A stretch of 64,000 nucleotides of DNA from an uncultured virus (IMG/VR IMGVR_UViG_3300007541_000015). Its lineage: Duplodnaviria; Heunggongvirae; Uroviricota; Caudoviricetes. The DNA lies in the IMG/VR virus record IMGVR_UViG_3300007541_000015. One strand, given 5' to 3'. The notes under the pieces are model-generated. The model was not told the DNA's origin and did not search any database. It was given only the letters and a program-made list of their open reading frames with translations. A program made the position numbers and the translations under genes. This document shows, one piece after another, positions 16,065 through 25,799 of this stretch (its first letter is position 1; each line of letters begins with the position of its first letter).

Positions 16065-17492
16065 ATGCAAGCCTCTTTTGACCTACAAGAATCAATGGAT
16101 ATGAAATTATCCGCCAATTCTTTTCCTTATTTCTTTCAACAGGTCTTAGGTTTCGATTTCCCTTCTTACATTCAAGAATGGCATGATTTGATGAATGATA
16201 CTCAAAGAACAGTTATCATTTGTTCTCGTGACCACGGTAAATCTGTATTTATGCACAGTTGGGTGGTATGGAACTTAGTTTTCCAAGAGCCTCCGTATCA
16301 AATGCTATACATTTCGTCTAACCAAAAGCAGACTATGGTTCACATGAGAGACATTGATAAAATCTTCACCCATCCTTATCTTCAAAAATTTAAACCTCCT
16401 CGCGGTTGGGCTATCGGAAACATTACCCTCACAAATGGAAACCAAATCCTTGAGCGTTCTGTTGGTTCTCAGATTCGTGGCCTTCACCCTCAAGAAATCA
16501 TTATTGACGACCCTCTAAAAGAATTCAGTATGACCGCTATCCAAAAGGTTACTGATTGGTTCTATGGAGACATGATTCCTACGCTTCACCACACCGCATC
16601 TTTGCGTGTAATTGGAACACCTTTCAGTTATACTGACATTTATCAACAGTTGGCTGAAAATGAAGCCTATACTGTTAGAACCTACCCATGTTTAAATTCT
16701 CTCAATGAACCCTTGTGGCCTGAGCGTTGGAATTACGATGCTCTCATGGCTCGTAAGTCTGAAATTGGAACATTGAAGTTCACAAGAGAATACTTGTGTG
16801 TTCCTATTTCAACAGGTATGAGCCTATTTAATCCAGAATATCTAGACCTTGCTAAGAATAAAGATTTAATTTTGAAACCACTTAAAAGAGAAGGATACAA
16901 ATACTATGTAGGGGTTGACCCTGCAATTTCAACAGATGGTGACTATAACGTAATTACTGTTCTTGAAATGGACGAGAATGAAAATAAGAGCATCGTATAT
17001 ATTGACCGTTCTAAGAATGTAGAGTTTAGAGAGAACATTCAGAAGGTTAAACTCATTAACTCAATGTTTCGTCCTGAAGTTGTTCTTTTTGAAACTAACA
17101 CTTTCGCAAAGTCATTTACTCAGGAGTTACGACAAGTTGCAGATATTAATGTTCACGACTTTAATACCACTAGACGTAAGAAGCAAGAGATTATTCTCAA
17201 CTTACAGATGACCATTGAAAATAAGAAGTTACATTTCCCATATGGCAATGAAGAGAGCAGAAGAGTTACTTCTACTCTAATCGAAGAATTGTCTATGTTT
17301 GCTATTACGGACTCCGGCAAGTTTGAAGGCATCGGGGCGCATGACGATATGGTGATGAGTCTTGCCTTAGCGAATGCAGCCACATATCAAGCCTCAGAAG
17401 CCTTCATTCTGCTCGACGACTTAGACATATTCGGCAACAGTCCGACGGCTACACCGCGTCCACAACGGGGCTTCATAGGTCTTAATTTTTGA
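16065..17492 (+). CDS. terL: Terminase large subunit
   Basis: Walker A SRDHGKS, Walker B IIIDD, GTP coupling motif, nuclease GVDPA...HDDMV. Confidence 0.95.
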   Translation: MQASFDLQESMDMKLSANSFPYFFQQVLGFDFPSYIQEWHDLMNDTQRTVIICSRDHGKSVFMHSWVVWNLVFQEPPYQMLYISSNQKQTMVHMRDIDKIFTHPYLQKFKPPRGWAIGNITLTNGNQILERSVGSQIRGLHPQEIIIDDPLKEFSMTAIQKVTDWFYGDMIPTLHHTASLRVIGTPFSYTDIYQQLAENEAYTVRTYPCLNSLNEPLWPERWNYDALMARKSEIGTLKFTREYLCVPISTGMSLFNPEYLDLAKNKDLILKPLKREGYKYYVGVDPAISTDGDYNVITVLEMDENENKSIVYIDRSKNVEFRENIQKVKLINSMFRPEVVLFETNTFAKSFTQELRQVADINVHDFNTTRRKKQEIILNLQMTIENKKLHFPYGNEESRRVTSTLIEELSMFAITDSGKFEGIGAHDDMVMSLALANAATYQASEAFILLDDLDIFGNSPTATPRPQRGFIGLNF

Positions 17493-17513
17493 GGGAGTAA
17501 TGGGGGTAAGGTC

Positions 17514-18314
17514 ATGGTTAAGAAAATGTTCATCCCAAATTACAAAAAATTAGTATCTAGTGCTAATCCTAATAACTTAATTGTTTTATCTACATTATCT
17601 TTAGAAAGAGCAATTATACATAAAGAATTCAGAGTGCCAAGTGATTTAGGGACTAACTTTAAGCCAAGAGGAGGTTTTTGGTATTCTCATCCTGACGCTG
17701 ATTTATCTTGGTCTGAATGGAATTTTTTGGAAGGGGCGGCAAAGATAAGAGAACCTGCCACTAAACATTTATATGAAATTAAAAGACCTGTTTTACATTC
17801 TTATAGAATTGATACTATAGATAAATTAATAGATTTTACATTAAAATTTGGAATTATTGATGGACGCACAATTTATGATATTGATTGGAATAAAGTTGCT
17901 TTAGAATATGGAATTATAGATTTAGATGCTTTTAGGTTAGGACGAATGTCAAACACCGTTGGTCATGAAATCCCAAAAGACCATCCTAAATGGCAGGCTT
18001 TTAAAGATAAAGATAAAAATAAAACAGAAAGACCGTGGCCGAATTATTATATTTATTGGCATAGAACTTGGGACATTGACGGTGGAGTAATCATTCAGGA
18101 TTTTGATGTTGAAATAGTTAAGGTTTTATATGCACCTAGAAAGGAAATATTAGAATTAATAGAGCAAAATCATGACTTATCAGACAAAATAGTAAGAGTA
18201 TTAGATTTGGATTATTTACCTAATGAGATGGACCCAACAACTGCCGGAACTGAAAGATATCGTTCAGAATGGAAAGAACAGTTAAGGAGGAAGAAAAATG
18301 CCGACAGCAGATGA
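17514..18314 (+). CDS. Hypothetical protein (Trp-rich: KPRGGFWYS, IDWNKV, WDIDG)
   Basis: 266 aa ORF. Confidence 0.65.
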   Translation: MVKKMFIPNYKKLVSSANPNNLIVLSTLSLERAIIHKEFRVPSDLGTNFKPRGGFWYSHPDADLSWSEWNFLEGAAKIREPATKHLYEIKRPVLHSYRIDTIDKLIDFTLKFGIIDGRTIYDIDWNKVALEYGIIDLDAFRLGRMSNTVGHEIPKDHPKWQAFKDKDKNKTERPWPNYYIYWHRTWDIDGGVIIQDFDVEIVKVLYAPRKEILELIEQNHDLSDKIVRVLDLDYLPNEMDPTTAGTERYRSEWKEQLRRKKNADSR

Positions 18315-19893
18315 ATATAGACAAGCATCGGAAACGATGAACAGGCTAGCCGAATTGAAAGACGATGAAGAAGAAGTTAAGGATGAGGCCAAAAGGGTCT
18401 TAGGTGTTGAATTTAATATGTCAGACACTATTGCTACTTCTCTTAACATTGGACCTGTTTTTTCCGAATTAGAAGAAATTAACAAGTTATCTAATGATTT
18501 AAGTATCAACGCTACACAAGCAAGAAAATACCTAGACGTGTTTCCAAAGGAATACATTGTCAAGGAGCAAACTGTCCCTGATTTGATTAAGAGTCTCAGA
18601 AAAGCAAGAAGAGCGTTGAAAGGGGACGATAGAGACAAAATGAGTAAATCTATTGATACTCTTATTGAAGCATACTCAGACCACATCAGCAAGTGTATTG
18701 ATTCAATTTATTGGGTTAGCCCATACCGCTCTGCTCTTATAAAAATGAGATTTAATGAAAAGGACTTACACAAGTTGTATAAGATGAAAGACAAGGAAAT
18801 GCGTCGAGAAGTAGTAGATTCTCTATGCAAGTATTGGGAAGCAGAACAAAATCAAAAAGATATGGCTTATGGTAAAGACTTCGCTTCTCTTCAGAAAACT
18901 ATGAAAGTTGCAAAGAAAGAGTTTAGAGATTGCATTGCTAAAATTTCAGACCAATCAATTACCAAGTCTAAGAAGGAAAGAATCGAAGACTTTATTTTAA
19001 AGGCAGTATGTGATTCTCCCGGAATTAGTGCAGGTCAAATTCATGATTCAATGCCTAGTGTTTTATATAAATCATCAAGCCCTTCATCTATTTCTCAACT
19101 TGTTAGAAAATTAGATGTAGTTAACAGCAATGGTTCTTTATATAAATTTTCTTCGGAAATTAAGAAAAACATTTGGGCATATACGGCTGCCTTTATTGAT
19201 TCAGATGGTTACATTACTATGGATAGAAGCCATAATCCTCGCGTTGGTCTTATTGCTACGGGCGAAAGAGGAAAGGCTTTTATGCAAGAAATGTATAAGA
19301 GCATTGGATTTGGTCGTCTTCACTTAGACCAAAAATCACCACAAGATACCCGACCCGTGAACCGTCTTAACTTCTATTCTCAAGATGATGTGTATAATCT
19401 TTTAACTAAGTGTCTTCCTCATTTTAGAATGAAGAAAGGTAATGCAGAATTACTTCTTGAATTAGTTCGTATGAAGAAATCTCATAAATCTCAGTCTTGG
19501 TATAAAGAGCGTTGTGATGAAATCTTCAAGTTAATGAAGTGGGAGAACCATAAAGACCACGTTGGGTTTGATTTTGCAAAAGAAGGTATTTATGTTGATG
19601 ATATTTCCAAATTTCAAGCCAACAGTAAAATGTCTATGATGGATGAATTGGAAGGTATTGGAACTATTATTAAATTTGATAGAGTAGGTCTTGAACAAAC
19701 TTATCCTGACTTAAGAAAATTACCTGACGAAGCAGTAAGAGAATTTGAAAGGAAGATTAATGATAGATTCAACTCTAAATCTGCTAGCGAAATTATTAGA
19801 GATTTGCTCACTAAATATAGGAACCAACTTAGGTCGTTCCGAAAAAGCGAAGGAGTCAAAGAAAAATTAGAAAAGGGGTTCCGTTATGCCTAA
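18298..19893 (+). CDS. Multidomain protein with LAGLIDADG endonuclease-like domain
   Basis: AYTAAFIDSDGYI motif, LPHFRMKKGNAELL C-terminal LAGLIDADG pattern; preceding wHTH-like segment. Confidence 0.8.
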   Translation: MPTADEYRQASETMNRLAELKDDEEEVKDEAKRVLGVEFNMSDTIATSLNIGPVFSELEEINKLSNDLSINATQARKYLDVFPKEYIVKEQTVPDLIKSLRKARRALKGDDRDKMSKSIDTLIEAYSDHISKCIDSIYWVSPYRSALIKMRFNEKDLHKLYKMKDKEMRREVVDSLCKYWEAEQNQKDMAYGKDFASLQKTMKVAKKEFRDCIAKISDQSITKSKKERIEDFILKAVCDSPGISAGQIHDSMPSVLYKSSSPSSISQLVRKLDVVNSNGSLYKFSSEIKKNIWAYTAAFIDSDGYITMDRSHNPRVGLIATGERGKAFMQEMYKSIGFGRLHLDQKSPQDTRPVNRLNFYSQDDVYNLLTKCLPHFRMKKGNAELLLELVRMKKSHKSQSWYKERCDEIFKLMKWENHKDHVGFDFAKEGIYVDDISKFQANSKMSMMDELEGIGTIIKFDRVGLEQTYPDLRKLPDEAVREFERKINDRFNSKSASEIIRDLLTKYRNQLRSFRKSEGVKEKLEKGFRYA

Positions 19894-20074
19894 TCCCGAT
19901 TGGAAATACAGACATTGCTGTTATAATGCAATGGCTACATATCGTGGTTATCCCCACGGTTTTTGTCGTAAGTGTTGGATAAAATACGGAAAACCTCAAC
20001 CTATGAAGAAGATGCAGAACGTCTATATACGGCGGGTCAAATGGTGGTTCAGGCGGTGGTTCAGAAATGGCTGA
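19886..20074 (+). CDS. Small basic Cys-containing protein
   Basis: Overlaps both neighbours as in an operon; HCC...CRKC. Confidence 0.45.
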   Translation: MPNPDWKYRHCCYNAMATYRGYPHGFCRKCWIKYGKPQPMKKMQNVYIRRVKWWFRRWFRNG

Positions 20075-21713
20075 CGCTCCCCGCCGATTCTCCGTAACTA
20101 ATTTGTTTAGGAGACAAACACCCAAACCTGCCGATAGGCAAGTTTTTAACATGGGCATTCAGGAACGCCATTATCAACACATGATGACGGCCCCTATTAT
20201 TTATGCTCTTCATCAACAATCAGTAATTGTTAGAACCTGCACAACTCAATTAAAACAAGAAGTCTTCCGAAGAGGATATCTTTGGGAGAAAGCATACGAA
20301 GCCAGATGTAAAAGTTGCAATAAGGAACACCAAAAGCCCGTTGAAGAATGTGCTAGGTGTGGTGCTATGGAATTGGAAAAACCTGACCCTAAGCAACTTA
20401 TTTATGCTGAAGAATTCTTGGATGGTTACATTAACAAAGCAGAACAATTATTCATTGATGTTCTCAAGGAATTAGAGGACGACCTCAACATTATGGACGA
20501 CGCATATATCGTTCTTGTTAAGGAATACTTTATTGACGGTAACGGTAAAATCCGAATGCATCGTATTAAAGAAATGTATCGTGGCGACCCTGTAACTATG
20601 CACATTTATTCCGATGAAGATGGGATTCGAGGAACAAAGGGTTTTACCTGTGTTAATCATAGAAGTATGTTATCAACAGAACCACATGAGAATTGCGAAG
20701 CCTGTGGTGGAGTATTACTTCCCGTTCATTATGTAAATAGAGCGCACGGAGAAGACCAACATTTCTTAGAAGGTGAAGTGCTTCATTTCAGTAAATACAG
20801 CCCATCTCGTTTGTATGGTATGTCTCCTATTCTTACTCTTTATAATTTGATTATGACCCTTATTGCTATGGAGAATTACGTCAATTCTTCTTACACTAAG
20901 AGTCGTATGCCTCGCGGTCTTCTTGCTGTTCAAACTAGAAACATGGACTCCATGCGTTCTTTTTGGCGTTCAGTAAAGGAAAAGATGGAAGCCGACCCTC
21001 ACTTTATTCCTGTAATGGGGATTGAAGCAGAAAGTGGAAAGGGAGCAGTTGAGTGGATTAAGTTCATGGATAGTCTAAAAGAAATGGATTATGTCGCAGT
21101 AAAGGACGACTTACGCGACAGAATTTCCGCTTTCTATGGTGTAAGCAAAGTCTTTATGGCTGATAACACAACAAGCGGTGGGCTTAACAACGAAGGTATG
21201 CAAATTCTCGTTACTAACCGTGCAGTTCAAATGGCGCAACGTGTGTATAATGACTACGTTTTTCCATATTTAGTTAAGCAATTCGGTATTACAGATTGGA
21301 AACTTAAACTACCTCCATCCGAGGAGGAAGATGAAATTGCTGTTCTTAGAAAGCGTGAATTAGAAATTAACCTTGCCGCTTCTATGAAAAATATTGGCTT
21401 TGAAGTTGATATGGACGAAGACGGACAATTTACTTTTAAGAAACCTCCACCTGAGCCAAAACCCGAAGAACAAACTAAAGGTGAAGAAGGAGCAAAAACT
21501 GACCCATTAGCAGGTTCTAATTTAGACCAACGCGACCTTGATGAAATGCAGAGAACAATGCTTGAGGGTGGAACTTCTAAGCCCCAAGAGAACCCACCGG
21601 CCACAAGGAATAAAGCACGGAACAGCGTGGGACCGGATAAGAGATTCACAGGATTACCTGAAGATGCGGGTAATCAAAATGTTGATAGAAGAAGTGAAAG
21701 GAGGATTCCTTGA
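20067..21713 (+). CDS. Portal protein
   Basis: Position after terL; HK97-like portal motifs (YGMSP, PRGLL, ISAFYGV); two Cys-cluster insertions. Confidence 0.9.
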   Translation: MADAPRRFSVTNLFRRQTPKPADRQVFNMGIQERHYQHMMTAPIIYALHQQSVIVRTCTTQLKQEVFRRGYLWEKAYEARCKSCNKEHQKPVEECARCGAMELEKPDPKQLIYAEEFLDGYINKAEQLFIDVLKELEDDLNIMDDAYIVLVKEYFIDGNGKIRMHRIKEMYRGDPVTMHIYSDEDGIRGTKGFTCVNHRSMLSTEPHENCEACGGVLLPVHYVNRAHGEDQHFLEGEVLHFSKYSPSRLYGMSPILTLYNLIMTLIAMENYVNSSYTKSRMPRGLLAVQTRNMDSMRSFWRSVKEKMEADPHFIPVMGIEAESGKGAVEWIKFMDSLKEMDYVAVKDDLRDRISAFYGVSKVFMADNTTSGGLNNEGMQILVTNRAVQMAQRVYNDYVFPYLVKQFGITDWKLKLPPSEEEDEIAVLRKRELEINLAASMKNIGFEVDMDEDGQFTFKKPPPEPKPEEQTKGEEGAKTDPLAGSNLDQRDLDEMQRTMLEGGTSKPQENPPATRNKARNSVGPDKRFTGLPEDAGNQNVDRRSERRIP

Positions 21714-22003
21714 TGTGGAAAGATAAACTACTAAAAGCAGAAAAACTACCGGGAACTCCTGATGTTTTAATTTCTCTTGGACAGGTTTTGAAATACTTGG
21801 GTAAATTAATTGATGATGATGATATATTTGGTTTTTTTGAGAAACCTTACAAATATCAACCTGAATATGATACTTTAATAAAGATTGCTGAAAAATATGA
21901 TTTAAGAAGCAGGAATGGAGAACCAAACATTGTGTTATTTATGGATTATGAGAACCCCGAATACAACCAAGAAGCAGTTGATGAAGCAATACGGATGATG
22001 TGA
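21713..22003 (+). CDS. Hypothetical protein, MWKDKLLK motif
   Basis: GGAGG RBS; TGATG overlap. Confidence 0.7.
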   Translation: MWKDKLLKAEKLPGTPDVLISLGQVLKYLGKLIDDDDIFGFFEKPYKYQPEYDTLIKIAEKYDLRSRNGEPNIVLFMDYENPEYNQEAVDEAIRMM

Positions 22004-22007
22004 TATT

Positions 22008-22232
22008 ATGACCGAAGACTTAAAACAAAAAGAGATTAGACTCCGAAAGGAGTTAGCACAAGTTAGAGCGCAGACCGCTATTGATGAACGCCGAATTGAA
22101 AAGAATCGTGACTTCTCAATGGGCGTCCCAACTGATACTTCGCATAAGGCTATCCCGACTTCAAGGGATTCTCCTGATGCAGTATTGCTTCCTTCACATC
22201 GTCGCGGTAAGAAAGAGAATATTCCCTTTTGA
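22008..22232 (+). CDS. Hypothetical protein
   Basis: ORF in operon. Confidence 0.65.
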   Translation: MTEDLKQKEIRLRKELAQVRAQTAIDERRIEKNRDFSMGVPTDTSHKAIPTSRDSPDAVLLPSHRRGKKENIPF

Positions 22233-22243
22233 GGTGATTTCCG

Positions 22244-24292
22244 ATGTGGAAAGACCTTCTTACCAAAGCAAGCGGTAAAACGCTTGATGATGTTGCTAAA
22301 TTCATTCTCGCAAAGAGAGAATATGATAGACTTTCAAAACTTAGCGAATATCAGGAAGGAAAGAATAGAATCATTATCAATGCTCAGGAATATGAGGCTT
22401 GGTTTAATCCTAAGGAAATTCAACCTCGCACTACCCAAACACCTCCAAGTCTTAAAGATGTTCCTAAAACCGGGCAAACCTTTGACTTAAGATATACAAG
22501 TAAACACGGATTAAGAGAGTCTGCTAAATATTGGGCTAAGTATATTAAAAGTGGAGAAAAGACTAAAGAGGAAGCAGTAGAGGCACTTAAACGATATTTC
22601 GATGGTAACGAGGAAAATGCTACAAAATACCTCAATGATATATTAGGGGAAGTTAATAAGGCTATTGAGCCTAAATATGGTAGTAGGAAAATAGATGTTC
22701 TTTCGTATGTAAAGTTTGGCGAATATACTGAAGAACAGCACTTTTGGAACAGTCATTTAGGAAGAGTTAGAGAAGGGCAGCAGCAAATTGATATGATGAT
22801 GCAATCTGCTCTTAGGAAAAATCCAAAAGATGTTAAATTGAAAAACCTAGCAGAAGGTATTGAAAATGCGTTTACTGCTTTCTATGATAATAATAAAAAA
22901 TATAGAGCACAAAGAAGAAAGGAATTGGGTTCCAAGGGTGAAGAAACAGCAAGAGAAACTCCTGAAATTCAACCTGAAATGGAAAGCATTATGGCCGTTC
23001 CTGAAGGCAATATGCTTCTATTAGAATCAATTAATGATTCATTTAAGTCATTAAGAAAAGATATGTCTGATGTTGAAAAATATGAGGTCTTCTCTAAAAT
23101 TTTATCAGACACTCCAGAACTAAAATTCCATTTCTTAAGCCTTCTTATTAAAGGAAATGCTGATGAATTACTTCAATATACCTTTTCGGGTAAAATTTCC
23201 AATGGGGAAATTGTCAGCGGTCGTTTAGTTAAAACTCCCGGCAAAATTAATCCCAACAGTAGGCTTTACAGTAAATATCTAAGCGGTATTAAGTCATTGC
23301 TTAGAAAAATTGACGGATATGATGATGAAGTATTAGACCTTGTTAAATATGCAAGGGAAGCCTTAGGTATTAAAAGAAAAATTCCGGGAGTAAATCTTAC
23401 TCGACTAACTTCTTCTGCTAAATCAAACCTTTCTTCTATTAGACGTGAACGTGTAAAGGAAGTTAGAAGTAAACAAAAGGAGCAAAGCAGAATAAGGATT
23501 GCTTTTGGAAACAGATTGAATTCTTTCAAGGAAGTCATTGAAGACAATTCTGGTGCTATTCCCTACTCTAAGAAAATGAAGGCTCGATATTCTGCTTTTG
23601 AAAACGATTTGAAAGAATTACTTAAAGAAATTCTTGATGATAAGTTTGAGGAAATGTCTCTTGAAGAAAGACGTGCTGTTATTCAAAGAAATATTGAAGA
23701 AGCAAAGAGAGGGACTGTTTCTATTCCTTACAACAGAAGAGTCCGTATGAAAGTGGACGCAGTAGGGACTCAACCATTAACTCAAGCAATTGTTGATAAG
23801 AAATATAATGAACGCTACATGAAACTAATGGATAGATTAGATTCTATGAAAGATGACCTTGTTCTCGATAGAGAGAACCGACTCAACAAATTAATGAAAA
23901 ATTTCACTAACTTCATGGAAGAGTTGGAATACCTTGAATCTATTATGGGAATGCTTTCATCAGAAAACATTCAGTCTAAGTTGAAGGAAATTCAAGAATT
24001 TACTAATGAAAGGCAAGATATCCTAGAAGAGCAAATGGAATTAGCAAAGGAAATCTTAGATGATTATATTGATGATATGGACGAAGAAATTCTTAAGGAA
24101 AAGGACGCCATTGATGGTGTCTTTGAGCAACTAATTAGAAATGAAATAGAGCCAACTGATTTAGATAACGAAGACATTAAGTCAAGTTATGAAGACGCTC
24201 TTGCCCTTAAAAAATACTTAACATATTACGGTAAGTTAATGACTCAGTTAGACCGTATTATTGAAGAAACAGGAGAAGGTGAAGAAGAATGA
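22244..24292 (+). CDS. Large helical protein (682 aa), MWKDLLTK motif
   Basis: GAGGTGA RBS. Confidence 0.75.
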   Translation: MWKDLLTKASGKTLDDVAKFILAKREYDRLSKLSEYQEGKNRIIINAQEYEAWFNPKEIQPRTTQTPPSLKDVPKTGQTFDLRYTSKHGLRESAKYWAKYIKSGEKTKEEAVEALKRYFDGNEENATKYLNDILGEVNKAIEPKYGSRKIDVLSYVKFGEYTEEQHFWNSHLGRVREGQQQIDMMMQSALRKNPKDVKLKNLAEGIENAFTAFYDNNKKYRAQRRKELGSKGEETARETPEIQPEMESIMAVPEGNMLLLESINDSFKSLRKDMSDVEKYEVFSKILSDTPELKFHFLSLLIKGNADELLQYTFSGKISNGEIVSGRLVKTPGKINPNSRLYSKYLSGIKSLLRKIDGYDDEVLDLVKYAREALGIKRKIPGVNLTRLTSSAKSNLSSIRRERVKEVRSKQKEQSRIRIAFGNRLNSFKEVIEDNSGAIPYSKKMKARYSAFENDLKELLKEILDDKFEEMSLEERRAVIQRNIEEAKRGTVSIPYNRRVRMKVDAVGTQPLTQAIVDKKYNERYMKLMDRLDSMKDDLVLDRENRLNKLMKNFTNFMEELEYLESIMGMLSSENIQSKLKEIQEFTNERQDILEEQMELAKEILDDYIDDMDEEILKEKDAIDGVFEQLIRNEIEPTDLDNEDIKSSYEDALALKKYLTYYGKLMTQLDRIIEETGEGEEE

Positions 24293-24657
24293 CGTGGGAC
24301 TATTACGGTGATGGTGAAAACTTCATCTATAAGGCTGAAAGCAAATCAACTAAAGGTCTTCTAGATAGCCTCGATGAAAAACAAAGAAAGAGATTAAAGA
24401 AGGTATTGAGTGCCGCTGAACCCTCTGAGTTTTTCGGTCAGGACTTTACCAAATTAGGCGACCTTATTGAGTTGCTGAAGGATTTAGAGTTAGTCAAAGC
24501 AGACAAGTCCCTTAATAAGAAAATGAAATCAATGGATGATAGGAACATTGATATTGTGGCGACGGCTAGCAAACTCCGTAAGGAGTATGAGTTACTCTAT
24601 CGTCAATTAGATGATTTGGTTTATCCTGTTAAAAAGAAAGGTGATAAAGATGAATGA
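24289..24657 (+). CDS. Hypothetical head-module protein
   Basis: ATGA overlap. Confidence 0.7.
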   Translation: MTWDYYGDGENFIYKAESKSTKGLLDSLDEKQRKRLKKVLSAAEPSEFFGQDFTKLGDLIELLKDLELVKADKSLNKKMKSMDDRNIDIVATASKLRKEYELLYRQLDDLVYPVKKKGDKDE

Positions 24658-24874
24658 AGATGTATTAGAAATTCTAAAGGCTCTTACTGCAAAGATTGAG
24701 TCTCTTGAAAGAGCAGTTTATAATAACGATAATCTCCTTATGAAGTCTGGATTTGTTGTCGTTGAAAGCCCTTCTCCTTCTATGAACATCAAGAAGTCAA
24801 CGGGAGTTCCTGATGTATCTAACATGGAATGGTCTGAAATCCATGAAACTGTAAAGAGACTTGGCGGTGAGTAA
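24650..24874 (+). CDS. Small coiled-coil protein with scaffold-like C-terminus (MEWSEIH...LGG)
   Basis: AGGTGA RBS; C-terminus resembles that of the protease/scaffold. Confidence 0.7.
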   Translation: MNEDVLEILKALTAKIESLERAVYNNDNLLMKSGFVVVESPSPSMNIKKSTGVPDVSNMEWSEIHETVKRLGGE

Positions 24875-25298
24875 ATTGGTTAAATATGATGAAAAAGGTG
24901 AACTGCAAGGAAATGAATCTAGTTGGCATCCAATTGACCCTAAAACAAATTTAGCAGCAGACCAAGAAAAAGATAGAAAAACAGGTCTTCCTAAATATAA
25001 AGGGGGGAAACCACGAGGCATCAATCCGCCAAAACAGGGACCAGCAAACCACCCATTATTGACGGATGCATGGCAAACATTAAACATTGCAATAAATGAC
25101 CTTGCTCACGCTATGCCTGACCTTACCAAAGAACATCCTGAAATTAAGAATTCTGCATCCTTTAAACAAATAACAAAAATATTAGAGAAACTTGCTGAGT
25201 GGTCTAGAGAAGATAGAGAATATGTCCAAAGACGAGCATCATCTCCAGAATTTGAAGAAACAGATTCTAGATGGAGAAGACAGTTAAGAGGTGAGTAA
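24867..25298 (+). CDS. Hypothetical protein
   Basis: ORF; start uncertain (TTG 24861 or GTG 24867). Confidence 0.6.
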   Translation: MSKLVKYDEKGELQGNESSWHPIDPKTNLAADQEKDRKTGLPKYKGGKPRGINPPKQGPANHPLLTDAWQTLNIAINDLAHAMPDLTKEHPEIKNSASFKQITKILEKLAEWSREDREYVQRRASSPEFEETDSRWRRQLRGE

Positions 25299-25299
25299 A

Positions 25300-25782
25300 A
25301 TGCCTGAAAAAGTTACACCTGAAGAAAGATTAGTTAGCCTCGCTATTGAAAAAGCCCGTAAGGTAAAAGAAGCATTAAGCCAACGTGAACCAACTCAAGT
25401 AATTGATGTTGAACATGGCGGTGAAATGGAAAAGGTTAAACGGCCAAAGGCTCAGAATGATACTAGCAAAATTGATATGCAAAAAGAAGAAGGATTTGGA
25501 CTTGGTGGCGCACAAGTAAAGAAAGCCAAGTTTAGCGGGCCACCTAGAGAACACGCAGGTTATCCTTATGCATACGGAGGTCTGCGTGGACTTATTAATA
25601 CAATGAGTATGTATGTTAAAAACCTTAGCAATGACCCTGATTTCAAAGACAATAGCAATGTAACGCAATTAGTCAAACTTATTGAAATGGCAAAGGAAAT
25701 TGAGCATGAAAACCTAAAATATGGTGATTCTGGAGATAGAACCGGCATTAGTAGAACTGATGAAAAACTCGTTCTTGACTAA
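25300..25782 (+). CDS. Hypothetical protein
   Basis: GAGGTGA RBS before ATG 25300. Confidence 0.7.
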   Translation: MPEKVTPEERLVSLAIEKARKVKEALSQREPTQVIDVEHGGEMEKVKRPKAQNDTSKIDMQKEEGFGLGGAQVKKAKFSGPPREHAGYPYAYGGLRGLINTMSMYVKNLSNDPDFKDNSNVTQLVKLIEMAKEIEHENLKYGDSGDRTGISRTDEKLVLD

Positions 25783-25799
25783 CTATTTATGTGATTTAC

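Noticed and set aside
18298..19893. Intein in terminase or portal
   Set aside because: terL and portal ORFs are intact and separate; no splice-junction residues recognised around the LAGLIDADG domain
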